Below are positions 1 through 13,206 of a stretch of 64,000 bases of DNA, one piece after another. The position numbers and the translations under genes are program-made. The stretch's first letter is position 1; each line of letters starts with the position of its first letter. The notes under the pieces are model-generated. The model ran no database searches. It had not been told where the DNA came from and saw only the letters and a list, made by a program, of their open reading frames with translations. The DNA is from Paraphysomonas bandaiensis (Eukaryota > Protista > Chrysophyceae): the NCBI GenBank assembly GCA_965644295.1, contig CBFFRP010000012.1, positions 50,296 through 114,295 of the forward strand. The letters are read 5' to 3'.

Positions 1-137
1 GCTACAAATAATATTTATTACTCGTTTTACCGATTATTAATACTTAGTAGTATTTTATGACAATAACATGGAATTGTAGTATATCGTACTGGTAGAGAAC
101 TCAAACAGAAGCAGCGTTGAAGATTAATACCGGTGTA

Positions 138-1843
138 TATAGTTATATTTAAAAGCACTTAAAAATTTCAAACGAAGGCAAAGAGCCCTTATCCCCATTT
201 TGTCTAAAAAGTGTTTTTTGACATGAATTGGGTTCAACAGAACGCTCATAATAGAACTAATTTAGAATTTCGAACATTAGCAGCATGCAAATATAGAATA
301 TAGCATTCAACATCAATATTCGGCTCAACAGAAGCTCTTTTCTATCTTAATTATAACTTTGCCAGTCATTTGAATGTGACTTTATTGTAATATCAGGGAA
401 ACTACAATGATTAACCAACATTAAAGTGGATAACCAAACACTCCAATTGTATTTCATCATCCTCCAATGAGAAGAGCAAGTTGGGGTCGCATCATGCTTA
501 TGCCGCCTCAGCCTGTACCCCCCTGCACTAACACAGACGTCCGAGTCACTCCTCACAATTATGCTCATTACGTGCATAGATCTATCAGAGTACTCGACCC
601 TGTGACCCTCTTGTTCTGTAGCGCAGTCCCACACTCCTCAATCAGATGTTGCCTCTCTTGTACCAGTACACTTCCTCTCGACTCCCTGTTGCTGAATACA
701 CCGAAGAATCTGTGTATCCCACTGGTGTTCAACTACACACTCTCTTCCATAATATGTTCTCTGCTAGTGGCTAAGACAGCAAGGGAGCCGATTCCGATGC
801 TTCTTCACAGTAGATCAACACCTTTTGCAAGACCTTCATCCACATACCTCCGAGCCACTTGGCACAATGCCTAAGGGAAGGGCACCAGATCGCCAAACTC
901 AGAAGAGTATATTGCTGCTTCCCGTGGTTGCCGTGAGGCACACATAAGACAGCCCCAGATGCAAATTGCACAAAGTGTATGTGTAGTCTTAAGCGTTCCA
1001 GTGTGGTAGTAGTTGACTTAGATTACTGCTTTCTCTTCTTGTTATGCTGTACGTTGTACATAGCCCCTACATACACATCTATCATATAGCGAGAATGGTC
1101 GCACCTTGATGCTTGCGGCGACGCACAAGTAATTCTCGTAGCGTTAAATAATAGTAGGATATAAGAGTTTACACTATAGTGAGTAAATATGGTATATGCT
1201 TATCTAGCTTGTGACTAGTTTGTCCATCATCTAGCTACTAACCTGGTGCAGATTTTTAACGCCTATTGCTAATAATAAAACTTTCAATAACATGCTTGTG
1301 CCTCTCGTATCATACACATAGCACTAGCAGAGATTGATTGTGTTGTATATAAATGTGGTGATGATGCCAATTATGCAAAGAAGTAGCCTCTCGTACGACT
1401 ACATTATTATTTCACATTCATCACACTTATGCATGAATTTCAATACCTCGCAGTCGCTATATTCCCTCGGCACCCTTATGGGTAGGGATATAATTGTTGT
1501 AGGTATATCACTGAGATTAGTGAATTTATTGTTTTGAGTATTACAACTGCCATTCCCATATTATGTAGTTGCCACAATACTTTAATTTTCATTTCTTTTT
1601 TAATATTAATCAGGCAACACCTATATCCTCTTACAGCATAAAACAAGGTACAAGTAGCTAGACATTTTAGATATTAAGTTTTCATCATCATGAGGGTGCC
1701 TAGAATTTAATCTAGGGACAAGGAGTATCGTCCCTCCTTGTTGTCCAAATTTAAAACTCGGGCTTTTCAAAGTTTTCAAAAATTTTGAGCACGGGACGAT
1801 ATAGTAGACTCCTAATTACCCGTGGTTAAATAATATAACTCTA
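138..1843 (+). mobile_element. Non-autonomous DNA element with imperfect terminal inverted repeats (family B), interrupted by a non-LTR insertion at 505-1290
   Basis: Starts tatagttatattta...aaatttcaaacgaaggcaaagagccc and ends ...ctcgggcttttc...gtggttaaataatataactcta (roughly inverted). The body is collinear with 24313-25161, and end segments recur at 50520-50660 and 54530-54628. Confidence 0.6.
505..1290 (+). mobile_element. 3' fragment of a non-LTR (LINE-like) element with the shared structured core and caata tail
   Basis: Flanked by a near-perfect 12-bp duplication, catgcttatgcc (493-504) / catgcttgtgcc (1291-1302). Homologous to 20590-21378 (-). Decayed frame ends ...TSEPLGTMPKGRAPD. Core gcttgcggcgacgcacaag at about 1111. 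Confidence 0.65.
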
Positions 1844-2280
1844 TCCTCAATATATATATATATTAAAAACCTAATATATATTATGTCTAGAATGTATATA
1901 TTTTTATATCTATTTGTAGCTCTTGTTTTTGATGTAAGAGAGGCAATACGTGTTGTTCTGTAAACAAGAAAACTCAAAGTATTGTTTCAAATCAATGATG
2001 TCTATACATACGCTTACGATATCCTACTTTGCCATAAACTTGCATTCATTTCGTTTTACTACTGTAATAATATTATATTCATCGTCATGATATATTAATT
2101 CTCATAATGCAGTTAACCACAACTGTATATTATACTCCTAGTAACGGTTATAATTTAAAATACCTTGTAACTACGGGTTTCAATTTCGCTCATATAGCAG
2201 AACTCAACATTATCGATAAATAAAATAATCTACATGTTTTTTTGGTGCTATTCTCAGTCGTTTCGTAGAGAATGTTTTAC

Positions 2281-3235
2281 TAGTAGCATATAATATATAG
2301 GTGTTTACGCCTCAGTGCTTAACTCTGATATTTCGAACCCTTGAAAGAATCTTTCATAGGTACACATATTATAGAGTAGCAACATATTTACTAAAAGTCA
2401 GACATTCACAACTGACAATTAATTTACGTTAACACTACAAAATCTTTCAATACTATACCCTACTATTTAACGCTACGAAAGCTGCTTGTGCGTCACCGCA
2501 AGCACCAGGGTGCAACCACGTGTTGAGTTCTACATTTGAGAGAAATTGAAAGCTGTAGTTCAAAGATATTTGACTTATGATTGTTAAAAGAAGAATACAG
2601 AAGTGGTTAACTGTATTATGAGAACTAATATCATAATAGCAATCACAGTAGTGAAACTGAAATGTATTGACCGTATAAGACCGCGATATCTAAGATTGTA
2701 TGGAAATGGTTGATAGTTGAGACATGAATTTGGCAATTGACAAGTGATATTGAACTTAAGTTTATTATATTATTATGTTACTATATGTATCAGCATAGAG
2801 TAAAAGTATTGTTCAGTTATGTCAATTTCCATAACTCCGCTCTATCACTCGAAGCAAACGTAGTGAGCAAAGAGAGTGTTGATTCCTGACATCTGCTGAC
2901 TTCAGGATTTTTGAGTCCTTAAGGTTTATGGTGAACGGCCTGGATGCTTCACCTCAAGGGTATCCAGGGTATTGGGCTGCCTGCCAAAGTCAAGCATCCG
3001 GGCTGTTCACCTAAGAAAGGCATCTTGGTGCTTGCGGTGACGCACAAGCAGCTTTCGTGCTTTCGTAGCGTCAAATAGTATGATATGATCAGAGTTAAGC
3101 ATCAGTTAGTTAAATTGTTTCACTACATTAGTTCTGACCTTACACGCCTATTGCTAATAATCAGAGATTCACTACATGGTAGTTACCCCCCAGAATACCA
3201 CCACAAAAAGGTGCGAGTCCGACTTTGTTGAGGGA
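2281..3235. repeat. Cluster of rearranged fragments of the SINE-like family in both orientations
   Basis: Core on - at about 2460-2520, middle module on - at about 2835-2925 (matches 14815-14915), core plus tail on + at about 2940-3175, 5' head on - at about 3186-3235. Confidence 0.6.
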
Positions 3236-3740
3236 TTATTTACGTATCTGGGGAGAATTTTGCAATGATGCCAACGCACAAATTACATAATTACTTAAAA
3301 AGGGTGAGCACTTTTCAAATATTTGAGTTTATCTTGAAAAATAAATCGGTAATATTATACAAGAATACATCCTATTCACTTCTCAACATACCAAGGTTAT
3401 ATGTTCCACCAATGCTTCAACAAGACCACCAATTTCATGATAACGGTGTCTAAAGACGTACTTCCCCACAAAGAAGCTCTAAAGCTATTAAACCTTCTGC
3501 AATACGGAAGTGTTGGCTAAGAAATCTATATTCTAGCTATCGACAGTAAAGTAATTCGCGAAACACCAGTCGATTCGGTACTGCACATAACTAGGAAGGG
3601 CTACGAGCAGTTTCAAACACACTGTAAACATAAACTACAACCAGCAAAATAGGTATAAACGCACATTCAGTGCGAACACGACAACTGCAAGAGTAACACG
3701 TCCTCTCCTCCCACGCATTTTTGATGGTCTGTTAATGAGG

Positions 3741-4856
3741 TCAAAGCGTACCGTCCAGAATATCCTTGCCACTCTTTGTAATATCCCAATTATCCATGTA
3801 TGAACTGATATTGTCACCATATCTGGTGATCTCTCTCTCCAATGCATCCTCGTCCATGTCTTCACAGAGTCGGTAGTAGTCAAGAGACGAATGAAGGCTT
3901 TCTGATAATTCGCTCACTCTGATGTCGGACTGGCCATCCTCTTCGTCATCAGATTTCGCAAGAGACAAAGGAGTAGTAAGCGAAGTCGCAGTTGTCGTTT
4001 CCTTTCGATTCCTTCCTTTCTGGCAGTATGCCCAGGCTAAAAAATCCATCACACATGACCATAGCATAGCGCAGGATCCCTTCTGAATGTACAAAAACAC
4101 GACAAAGTAGCCCAGACCTACACAAGGAGAGGTGATCGCACTACAGAATACAGATATGATGTGAATAGTAGACGGACTATTTACGTGCTTAAAGTCTTGC
4201 AAAGTATTGCCTGTTTGTAGATTGTACCAAATCGATCCGAAACGGGAAGCAGCCTGTACAATAGGATAAAGAGCGAGACGATTGGCAAGAACAGAGATTG
4301 GACCATTGACACGGTCAGGACCTGTGACGACAATTTTCATTCTACTGAGCTGATATTGAACAACGATAAAAGACGTGACGTTAAATAATATAGAGGCCAT
4401 GGAGAGGAAGTAATACACTTGAAATGAAACAGATTGGGCATCGGGAACGAACATAAAACAGTAGCCATTGACAGACGCAATCAGTATGACAAAGCAGCTA
4501 ATGAAGAAGTAATACTTTTCGAGTGGAAATATCTTCTTTTTCACAACAACATGTAACACCATAAATACCATGACATTGGACCAAAATGCAGCAGACAGTC
4601 CGCACAGCACGCACCCCACTCCACGTATCTTTTCACACACAGTATCACTTTCGTTACAGAAATAGAGAACCAAAGAGCAATCGTAACCGATTTCAAACAG
4701 AGTCATAGCAATCATGATTGTTCTATACGCATTTTGTGGAAGGCGTAGCCACCATATGAGCAGTATGGTCAGTATGCCCAGACATGTATTAAGTACTGCA
4801 AGTATTCCTATGACTAGAATTACTGCAGGAAAATACGCATTTGTCATGACCAACAA
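3741..4856 (-). CDS. 7TM GPCR-like protein, Dictyostelium cAMP receptor / GCR1 / Git3-like
   Basis: 371-aa ORF with seven hydrophobic segments, RLALYPIVQ in TM6, G.GYFVVF in TM7 and an acidic C-tail. Start uncertain (ATG at 4847 or an upstream exon). Confidence 0.7.
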   Translation of the reverse strand: MLVMTNAYFPAVILVIGILAVLNTCLGILTILLIWWLRLPQNAYRTIMIAMTLFEIGYDCSLVLYFCNESDTVCEKIRGVGCVLCGLSAAFWSNVMVFMVLHVVVKKKIFPLEKYYFFISCFVILIASVNGYCFMFVPDAQSVSFQVYYFLSMASILFNVTSFIVVQYQLSRMKIVVTGPDRVNGPISVLANRLALYPIVQAASRFGSIWYNLQTGNTLQDFKHVNSPSTIHIISVFCSAITSPCVGLGYFVVFLYIQKGSCAMLWSCVMDFLAWAYCQKGRNRKETTTATSLTTPLSLAKSDDEEDGQSDIRVSELSESLHSSLDYYRLCEDMDEDALEREITRYGDNISSYMDNWDITKSGKDILDGTL

Positions 4857-5433
4857 TAAAATGAGAGTCGCGGACCCAAGCTATACATACGCCATTTATA
4901 TCTAGGATGATTATGATGCACGCAGCCAGTCTTTGTGCCATGTCTGATGTGCTTGTGTACCAGCCTGGTGTATTTGTACAGAGTATTATCTCTGCTGCAG
5001 TCTCTGGGCAAAAATAAATACCCCGCTTTCGAGATTTTTTCCCCAAATTCTGGAAATTTTGACTATGGATTGTGTCGTAAAGTCATAAACTTTACGAACG
5101 ATTTTGGTCACTCACCATAAAACTTCAGCCGGGGAGCATATACACAGTAGGATTCCTACCATCACATCCCTGGTGCTCTACACGGCATATACAGCAGTAC
5201 CAGCGGTGTATAACCTCCTATCTCTTTGTAGCTATGCAAGTATAGCATAACCTACTCCTGTGAGCAGGATGAGCGATGGGGCAGGCTATTTGAGGCAACT
5301 CTGAACACTTGTTGGTATATACATCATATGCAACAATATATTAGTATCTCTCATTTAATGCTTGTCCTTGTACATGTAACAGGGCGTTACTTCTTCTGAG
5401 TAATCATATTCCACCTTTTGTTAAGTACATTTC

Positions 5434-6693
5434 ATGACGTTTCGAGCTGTATTCGTCCTTGTTGTTCTCTCCGCAGAGGTGGTGGCACGAAACGTTACAT
5501 GCAGGAAACCAAGTACATCTGCTGAATCGTTAATTCAGAGTCGTAAAGTAAACGAGAAGTTTTTAAAGTATTCATGCTCCCCCTCATCTAAAGTCGATCA
5601 CCACCTCTGCCCACAGGGTACGGGAATCGGAAATATATTCGAAATATACCCTGCGTTATATACGTTTGCTTTATTGGATGGGCGTAGCATTGTGATAGGG
5701 GATTCCAGCGAAATTGGTATGTTTTGCCAAGTTTTAAATTGTGGCTTTCCTTTTGCTTCGGAGGTAGAGTCTAGTTTCCCTGTCTTGAAGAACAAATCGC
5801 ACCTTCGCCATGGGCACGCTTTTTTTTCGAAGTATTTTCAAGATGCCACGATGGAAGACGAGAGTGTGCTACTTCCATCCGGGCTCTCGACAGTCGCAAG
5901 TAACTGGTATCAATACACGGGACAGAACGCTACTCGTAGCTGCATTGAAAGTATTACAGGGTGCGCCTTTGGGAGTGTAGGGTGCGTAGAGCGATATGCT
6001 TATCGTCAGCTTTTCCCTGGAGGTTTACGCCAAAATGTGGAGCCAAGTGAAGTCCATGGTCTATCCGAAGGTGAGTATAAAGCCTTCCTCACTCAGCCAT
6101 ACGACAGTGTGAGACGGTTCGATGCAACTATTCACATCAGAGCTCAAATGGCGCATTTAGAGACCAAAAATGAAAGGGCAACTGTCGACATTGCAGATGC
6201 AGTGCAGTATTATGCTACAGTCATATTCCCGGCATTCAGTGATAAATTGACAGATTACTTCTATAAATCCCCAGATACGAAGGACTCCTGGAGGGCGCTC
6301 TCGAATGCCTCATTAAGCGACCCTCCAAGAGTATTCATATCTTGCGATGACGTAGTATTAAAAACCGCATTGGTGAGTTTACTTCACCGTCGGCCAGTAG
6401 AGTACCCTATCATACCAGTATATGTAAATGGATCAAGAATAGTACATATGAAGTATCATAATACTCTCAAAGGGACCGTCACAGTCGACCAGTCGGTTGT
6501 TGATACAGCGTTTGATTGGTATGCGATGAGCCTTGGAAATGTTTTGTTTGCCTACAGAAAAGGCGCAACGAAAATGTTCAGTACCTTTGCTCAGACAGCT
6601 ATGAGAGTTAGTTTAGAGAATAGAAAAACAGGGAAGATTTTCATGCTCACGTCTCATAACAAGTGGAGGGCTGTGTGGGATTGGCCAGAATGA
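5434..6693 (+). CDS. Fucosyltransferase-like GT-B glycosyltransferase (GT23/GT37-type motifs)
   Basis: N-terminal signal/anchor, GTGIGN...ALLDGR, motif I (TIHIR), motif II (VFISCDD), motif III (AFDWYAMS...STFAQTA). Confidence 0.65.
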   Translation: MTFRAVFVLVVLSAEVVARNVTCRKPSTSAESLIQSRKVNEKFLKYSCSPSSKVDHHLCPQGTGIGNIFEIYPALYTFALLDGRSIVIGDSSEIGMFCQVLNCGFPFASEVESSFPVLKNKSHLRHGHAFFSKYFQDATMEDESVLLPSGLSTVASNWYQYTGQNATRSCIESITGCAFGSVGCVERYAYRQLFPGGLRQNVEPSEVHGLSEGEYKAFLTQPYDSVRRFDATIHIRAQMAHLETKNERATVDIADAVQYYATVIFPAFSDKLTDYFYKSPDTKDSWRALSNASLSDPPRVFISCDDVVLKTALVSLLHRRPVEYPIIPVYVNGSRIVHMKYHNTLKGTVTVDQSVVDTAFDWYAMSLGNVLFAYRKGATKMFSTFAQTAMRVSLENRKTGKIFMLTSHNKWRAVWDWPE

Positions 6694-7574
6694 GAATTTT
6701 TGTGTGAAGTTGTAGTGGTTGAAGATAGAGAGTGATGCAAGTAGGAATAAAAATTAGAAGTCTACTTACTTGTGTGGAAGTGAAAAAATGCTATTGCTCA
6801 GTCGTTGGCTGTACATTAAAATTGTAAAGTTATGTCACCAAACACACTTTTTGAGTTTTGAGATATATTGCTAGTCCAGTATAAATTTGAACAAATAACA
6901 GAATCCTGAGTGTTTTCATTCCTTCTACTGCAACTCTATGATCACTACTTGAATGTATACCACGCATACCAGAGTATTAAGCCACATATTCCGTACTCGC
7001 GATATATATGATTTCTGATGCCACGCTATTCGTAAAAAATTAAAATGGAATGTGTTGAGTTCTGCAATATATATTATGATGTGATATATATTGTGCAATT
7101 GAAGTGAGTTAATAGTGTGCAATAGGTGAAGTCAACTCATAGGTGTAACGGGTGATTATAGTTACAAAGGAATTAAATTCAGTTACTGATGTGTGACTAT
7201 ACAAGATATGGAACTGACTGATGAACATATGATGATAAACAGGTGTTGCTGAGAACAGATGTTTCAACATATGTTACACGAATATGCAGTGAAGTGTTCA
7301 GAATAATAATTAAAATTTCTTACTTGAAAGTGCATTGTGTTCAACATAGCAAGATTAAGGTTTACGTGTAGAGCAAAGTTAACTTCAGTGAAATGTCCAA
7401 TTCTAACAGAATTACTCTTTTATATGGACCTGTAGTGTAGTGTCCAGATCGTCGGAAACAGGGCATACTAACAGTTGGTCAACTGCATTCACGGCATTAA
7501 GCGTTGGCTCGAATATTTGTTGTTGTATCGAAGAATGTCTACCTCTCTCCAATCCATCAGTGGCAGTATTTCAA

Positions 7575-8046
7575 GTAGTAGTGAATGTCTGGCAATAGGC
7601 GTGTAAAACAATTTAACTAACTGGTACTTAACTCTGATAATATCATACTATTTAACGCAACAAAAGCTGCTTGTGCGTCACTTCAAGCACCATGGTGCAA
7701 CCTATTTCGCTCTCTGTCCTAAAAAGGTGAACTGGGCCCGGATGCCCCTGCTGAGTTGGACCCATTCCTGGATGTTTGAATTCAGTAGTAGGTAGCTCAA
7801 TAGCCGGATACCCTACAGGTGGACCCATTCCAGGATACCTGTTTATTCATCAAGGCCCAATCAGGGCTACACAAGTGATATACTAATTAGTGTCCCTTGT
7901 ACTTCACAACAAGCATTAGGCTATGAGTGAGCAGAGCAATATCTGCGGACTATATATGCGACTCACGATAGTTTCCCGGAGAAATATCTCCGGTACTTAT
8001 TCCCCTTAACACCACGAAAAGGTGCGAGTTCGACTTTGTTGAGGGA
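7575..8046 (-). mobile_element. SINE-like element, near full length, (cta)n-type tail
   Basis: On - it reads from the head ccctcaacaaagtc through the core to gacattcactactact; collinear with 13207-13695 and 28015-28306. Confidence 0.7.
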
Positions 8047-10302
8047 GTAAAGAGTTTACTGAAATTCAGGCAGATCCAATACACAACAACGGGTGCATGA
8101 CTGAATCTCTATTCAACCACAGAATAGCTTTCCAAGAGATAATATATATATTATTATGTCCTTGATGCAGGACGAGAATTACCCCAAAATATAGGCTCGT
8201 CTTAAAACATTATTTATAGGGCGTTGTAGACATCATCTTTCAGCTTAGAAATATTGCATCGCCCTTGTAATCAACACTCACGGCTCTGACACCCCACAAG
8301 TATCAACACTTACTCATAGTCTACACAACAAGAGGAAGAGGGCAAAGAAGACAGCCTCTACTCAACATCCATACAACTGACACATGCTACGATGGGAACC
8401 CGAAATACATAATCTACTGCACAGGGCACCCACAAGAGTCTCTCGTGAAATATAATCAACCCTTAAATAAGGACGAATCCAATTTTAAGAGCCGCCCAGC
8501 TAACTAAAAAGCAAAGACAATTATAGGGGGATTATTTACGTCTTGGTGCTTGTATAATTATACAAATAGCTGTCGTAGCATGATATATTGAAGCTGAGAA
8601 GAGGACAAATTCACACTACACTGACTGTTAATGCTGCAATTACTATTTACTGGTATCATACTTTCAATATAATAAAATCAAATAATAAGTTATAGGGTAC
8701 TGTCAAAATCATGGCAACCCCTGCCTCTGGTCTCTAGTAGTTGTGTGCCGAATGTATGATGAGAGGTCCACGTGAATGTGAGATGAGTGGTCTAAAAGGA
8801 GATACCCACGGGACAGACATGTGAAGCACCCGTTGCCCAGTTCATAACATCGAATGGAATTTACTCATGGAGAGTGCACGAAATAAGCTGTTGTTGCTAA
8901 TATGATGGTGTAGTTTGAGCTTGTTCACGCTCTTAGTAAGAGTACATCAAAGTCTTGTGCTTATTATGTCTTCCTAAACAATCTTGTGCCTATCCTAGAT
9001 ATCCTCATTTTTATACTTCGTATACAACAAGGTATTGTGATAATGTGAGATTGACTGAGAAGCATATAAGGAACAAGTCTGAAGGATATAAGATGCTGTA
9101 TCAGATATGGTAAAAAATTGTTGTAAATTGTTCGGTTTTGTAAAATAGCAGTTCTATTTTGGATGTGAGTACCTGAGAAATAAGTAACTGTGCCACAAAA
9201 GCAAGTATAAAGTTTAAATACTTTAAGCTTTAATATATTCAATTTTCGCCAAGTGTTCATACGATCTTAGTTTTACTATCTACTATTTGGGCCGGGGGAA
9301 GACAATTCAACCTAGTCAAGTTGGTGGCATTTTGCAGTAAATACATACGTAATCAAAGTATTAAATTATTCAACTTAGACAATATTAGTTGTAAATTAGT
9401 GGTTATTTTATTCCTTGACTACACATTGTGACTGTTAAAGATACTTAAACCATACAAAATTAATGATTTGGAGATCATTAGAGAACAAACATTGCAACAT
9501 AACAAATAATTTATATACTCATATATACTTAACAATGTGTGTATGTATCTATCTATATAGCTCACTAGTATATAACGATGAATCCCTTAAGTTAGTGTTG
9601 TTATGAGAATGTATAAATAGTCAATAAACTGTCGACATAACTCCATGAGTCTGCGGAACATCTCTCGATCTTCGGATGCAATGAGTGAAAGCGCTTATCC
9701 TCATTAACCTCTCAATAAACGAATTCGTTGACTACAATTCACATTAATTGTAAAACGGAAATGTTATGTATTGCATGTATACGATGTCTGCATCTATGAC
9801 ATGCCGGGTAGAGTACGTTATCATGTGTGAATGATATATTAATTTCGCGTCGGTGAATACCATAATACCATGGACCATGAAACCTAGTCATTGTTGAACT
9901 CAAATTCGTAATTATTTAATGACTAGGTTTTCAACCACTTCACTAAGTTTTACACCAAAATTGGTGTGACTAGGAAGTTCCATCAATTTGACTTTGTCGA
10001 ATAATAAATCCCGCTTGCGTCGTTATCGTGTTTGTGGGCACTAACTAGCCAGGACATTCCTCGTACAGATCTTTTTACCTGCAAGCCAATTTGAGTGGGT
10101 ATATTCTTGAATTCTCTTTCTCAATCCATATTTATAAATATCTCGTTTACGTTATTCCGTGTAAAACAAGTAGAGCATACGTGATTAGAAATATTACGCA
10201 GCTATGGTACATCTATACAACATGTACACGTGCACACAAACAAATTTACCATAATTTAAATACAACGATACCCCGTAAAGAAGTAATGCGAAATTAGAAT
10301 CC

Positions 10303-10836
10303 CTACCCATGCTCTGATGGAACATCCGATATAACTTCATATAGTTCATCAGAAACAGACTTACAACCTATTACTGACTCCTGCTGTGACACTCCTACAC
10401 CCATAATTTCTTTGAACTTCTCGTGAGTTATTCCATCTTTTCTGGAACCTACCGCACTTAACATGTTTTCTACATCCTGGTCAGACACCTTCTCACCAAC
10501 ACTAATCATGATTCGCCTCAACTCCGGTATAGATATCATTCCCGCCTGTAGCTTGCCGTAATTGCGGAGAAATTCAGATGTGTGACCCTTCTGGCCCATG
10601 TTTTTCTTTTTATTCCCCACCATAGCTAAAAACTCGTTCTTTTCAATAGTTCCATTTCCGTTTTTATCAATCTCACTAATCATCAGGGCCAACTCCTCTT
10701 TGGTGGGATTCTGGCCCAGTTGCCTCATCACATGCCCAATCTCTTCTTCAGTGATGCGGCCATCTCCATCACTATCGAACAACTCAAATGCAGCACTGTA
10801 CTCAAGTTTGTCCTCCTCACTCAATAGGTGGGCCAT
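10303..10836 (-). CDS. Calmodulin-like EF-hand protein
   Basis: EF1 DSDGDGRITEEE, LGQNPT linker, EF2 DKNGNGTIEKNE. C-lobe EF loops degenerate; short C-terminal extension. Confidence 0.85.
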   Translation of the reverse strand: MAHLLSEEDKLEYSAAFELFDSDGDGRITEEEIGHVMRQLGQNPTKEELALMISEIDKNGNGTIEKNEFLAMVGNKKKNMGQKGHTSEFLRNYGKLQAGMISIPELRRIMISVGEKVSDQDVENMLSAVGSRKDGITHEKFKEIMGVGVSQQESVIGCKSVSDELYEVISDVPSEHG

Positions 10837-11290
10837 CCTGCATGAGAAAATTATAATGCATAGAATAGACCTAATACAGAGACATACTGCATATGTACCT
10901 ATATAAAGATCTGATTATTACTGCATATGTACCTACCTACCTACCTACATCCTGTACACAGGTACAAACATACATGCATACCTACCTAGATACGTACTGG
11001 TGTACATTCATATGCTGCCGCTGTTGTCTGTGACCTGTGACACATTTGAAAAAATGCATAATATGCGCTGCGCGCTGCACCATATGTATGCCACAACGTT
11101 CAACCTGCAGTGCGTCAACCCATGACAATCAGAGATGCGTTGGTAGCGGCCTGTATGCCAATGTTGCGTTCAACTTAGTTGAAGGGTGTTGGCCAGTTCT
11201 CTCAACAGTGCTCTGCTCCTCAGGGGATTGTACCATGAATTAGCGAGAATAGTCAGGGGCATATTGTGAGTAGTTTTTGTTTATTTAACT

Positions 11291-12655
11291 ATGAGTACGG
11301 AGCACAGCGACAGTGATGTATGCTGTGGAGTATGGAATAGTCAGCGTAAATCACTTGATAAGAGTGACCAGGATCCTACAAGCCGTTTATCAAACATGGG
11401 GTTCGGTAGAACCGACAATTTAAATATTTTGACCGAGCGGGGGGTGTGCTGGTTTCATACTCCTGATGAGAATTGGAGTATTTCGTACTACTTCTCCACA
11501 CGAGGCCAAGATAGCTTACATATCTACCTTTGGCTCTTGAAAGATTTATCATGGGTACAGGCGTGGTATGTCAGTGGACATGTATTCGGTGCCCTGACTA
11601 TTACGTGGGCAATATACATGATAATCAAGGCTATCCGTAGCCGAAGTGCAGAAGAAATATTTGTCTCTGTCTCTCAGTTTTTGTGGTTATTTGGTAACTT
11701 CTGGTGGATGTTGGGTGAGCTACATGACTCTAAATTCCCTAACGAAGCTCCTTGGTACGATCAATATGCATATGAAGCCGGGTGTGTCGTATCTGCGGCA
11801 CTTGCAGTGATATCACTCTATTACTTTATACTGAAGCCTTTGGGCATATTCCCCGTGGACGCTATAACGGATGCGGAATATGATAGTCCGAACCTCGTTT
11901 GTCGATTTCCAGGGCTCTTCAAATCTTGGCGAGAGTATGAGAACATCCATATTCTCTTCTGGGCTGGCAAGGATTTAGCGTGGAATCTGGAGATATTGGT
12001 GATGTGGTGCGTTTTCGCGGTTCCGACTTTCTTCATTGCGCTAGACTTTGTGTTTGTTTCTCTTTGGGTAAAACGTGGCCTCATCGACCACTCCCATTAC
12101 TGTGCGCAATTTTTGTGGGTCATTGCTAACGCTGTATGGGCCTTTGGAGAATTTATTCTCACCCCTGACCATGACGAACCTATAGGTACGGGATATTCAT
12201 ACTTTATACCTACTATATATATCAATTGAATAATGTGTATTCTGATGGTAAGATCCCTGTTAAGTGAACGATGTAAATGTATGCTGTATTTGTCCGCGAT
12301 TTGTGATTAGTGTTTCATAGAGATTGAAAAATTCAATCGTGAAGCTAGACTCACGTCGCGATGGTACTCCTCCTGGGCGGTAACTTTTGCTTTTGTTCCA
12401 CTAGTGGTGCTGTATTTTGTGTGGATTCCCGCCACATTAATGGGCTGGATCGAGACACCGGCAGATGTGTGTCGCTTATCAATGACAGTATCGGGATTGC
12501 CTATGTGCAAGAAGGATGAGGTTGGCGTCAGTGAGGTTGAATTGCGTAGCACGCAGCCTCCAGCTACTTCCAACCCCATGATAGACAATTTCCATAGCTC
12601 TGGAGAATTGAGTTCGAATGCGTCTCGTGTAGACCGTGCGGAAACTGGCACATAG
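11291..12655 (+). CDS. Multi-pass membrane protein with an internal duplication, unknown function, 2 exons
   Basis: Repeated motif DSLHIYLWLLKDLSW / ENIHILFWAGKDLAW, each followed by QFLW..(G/A)N..W..GE. GT-AG intron 12187-12320 joins in frame to the 12404..12655 ORF. Confidence 0.75.
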
Positions 12656-13206
12656 CGATACTGTATTCACGTTTGTATTCATGGCAATGTAGAAATGACA
12701 GAATGAAAATTTTATTTTATGTGAGGTACATGAAATAAAGTACTGACGTGAATAATCAGGGCTGAACTATGTGCAAAGCTGAGAGCAATGCTCTCGCCTT
12801 CCACATACACCGGCACTGCGCTTAGAGTAACACGAAACCAGTTATTAATAACATTTTGGACTGAACTATAATTGGAACAGCTTTCCTACATGCGTCCTTA
12901 TCGTCTACAACACGTAAGAGTTGACGAACAACGTATACGTAATTGTAAAATACGTATATGAAGTGAGAAGCAATATAATTGTTAATTTTGACGCAATATT
13001 GTGTTATTAAACTGACAAAATGTTGCCAAGACGCTCTCATACGAGTCAGAACATTGACGACTGCATATTCATTTATACTACTGTATATTGCAGTATTTTA
13101 CACCCCAATCATTCCCCCTTTGAATCCTTGCAATATGAAAAGGAATAAGAAAATCAATTCTAATTCAAAACATCAAACTTCAAAGTAAAAAACACACGGA
13201 AAGCCT

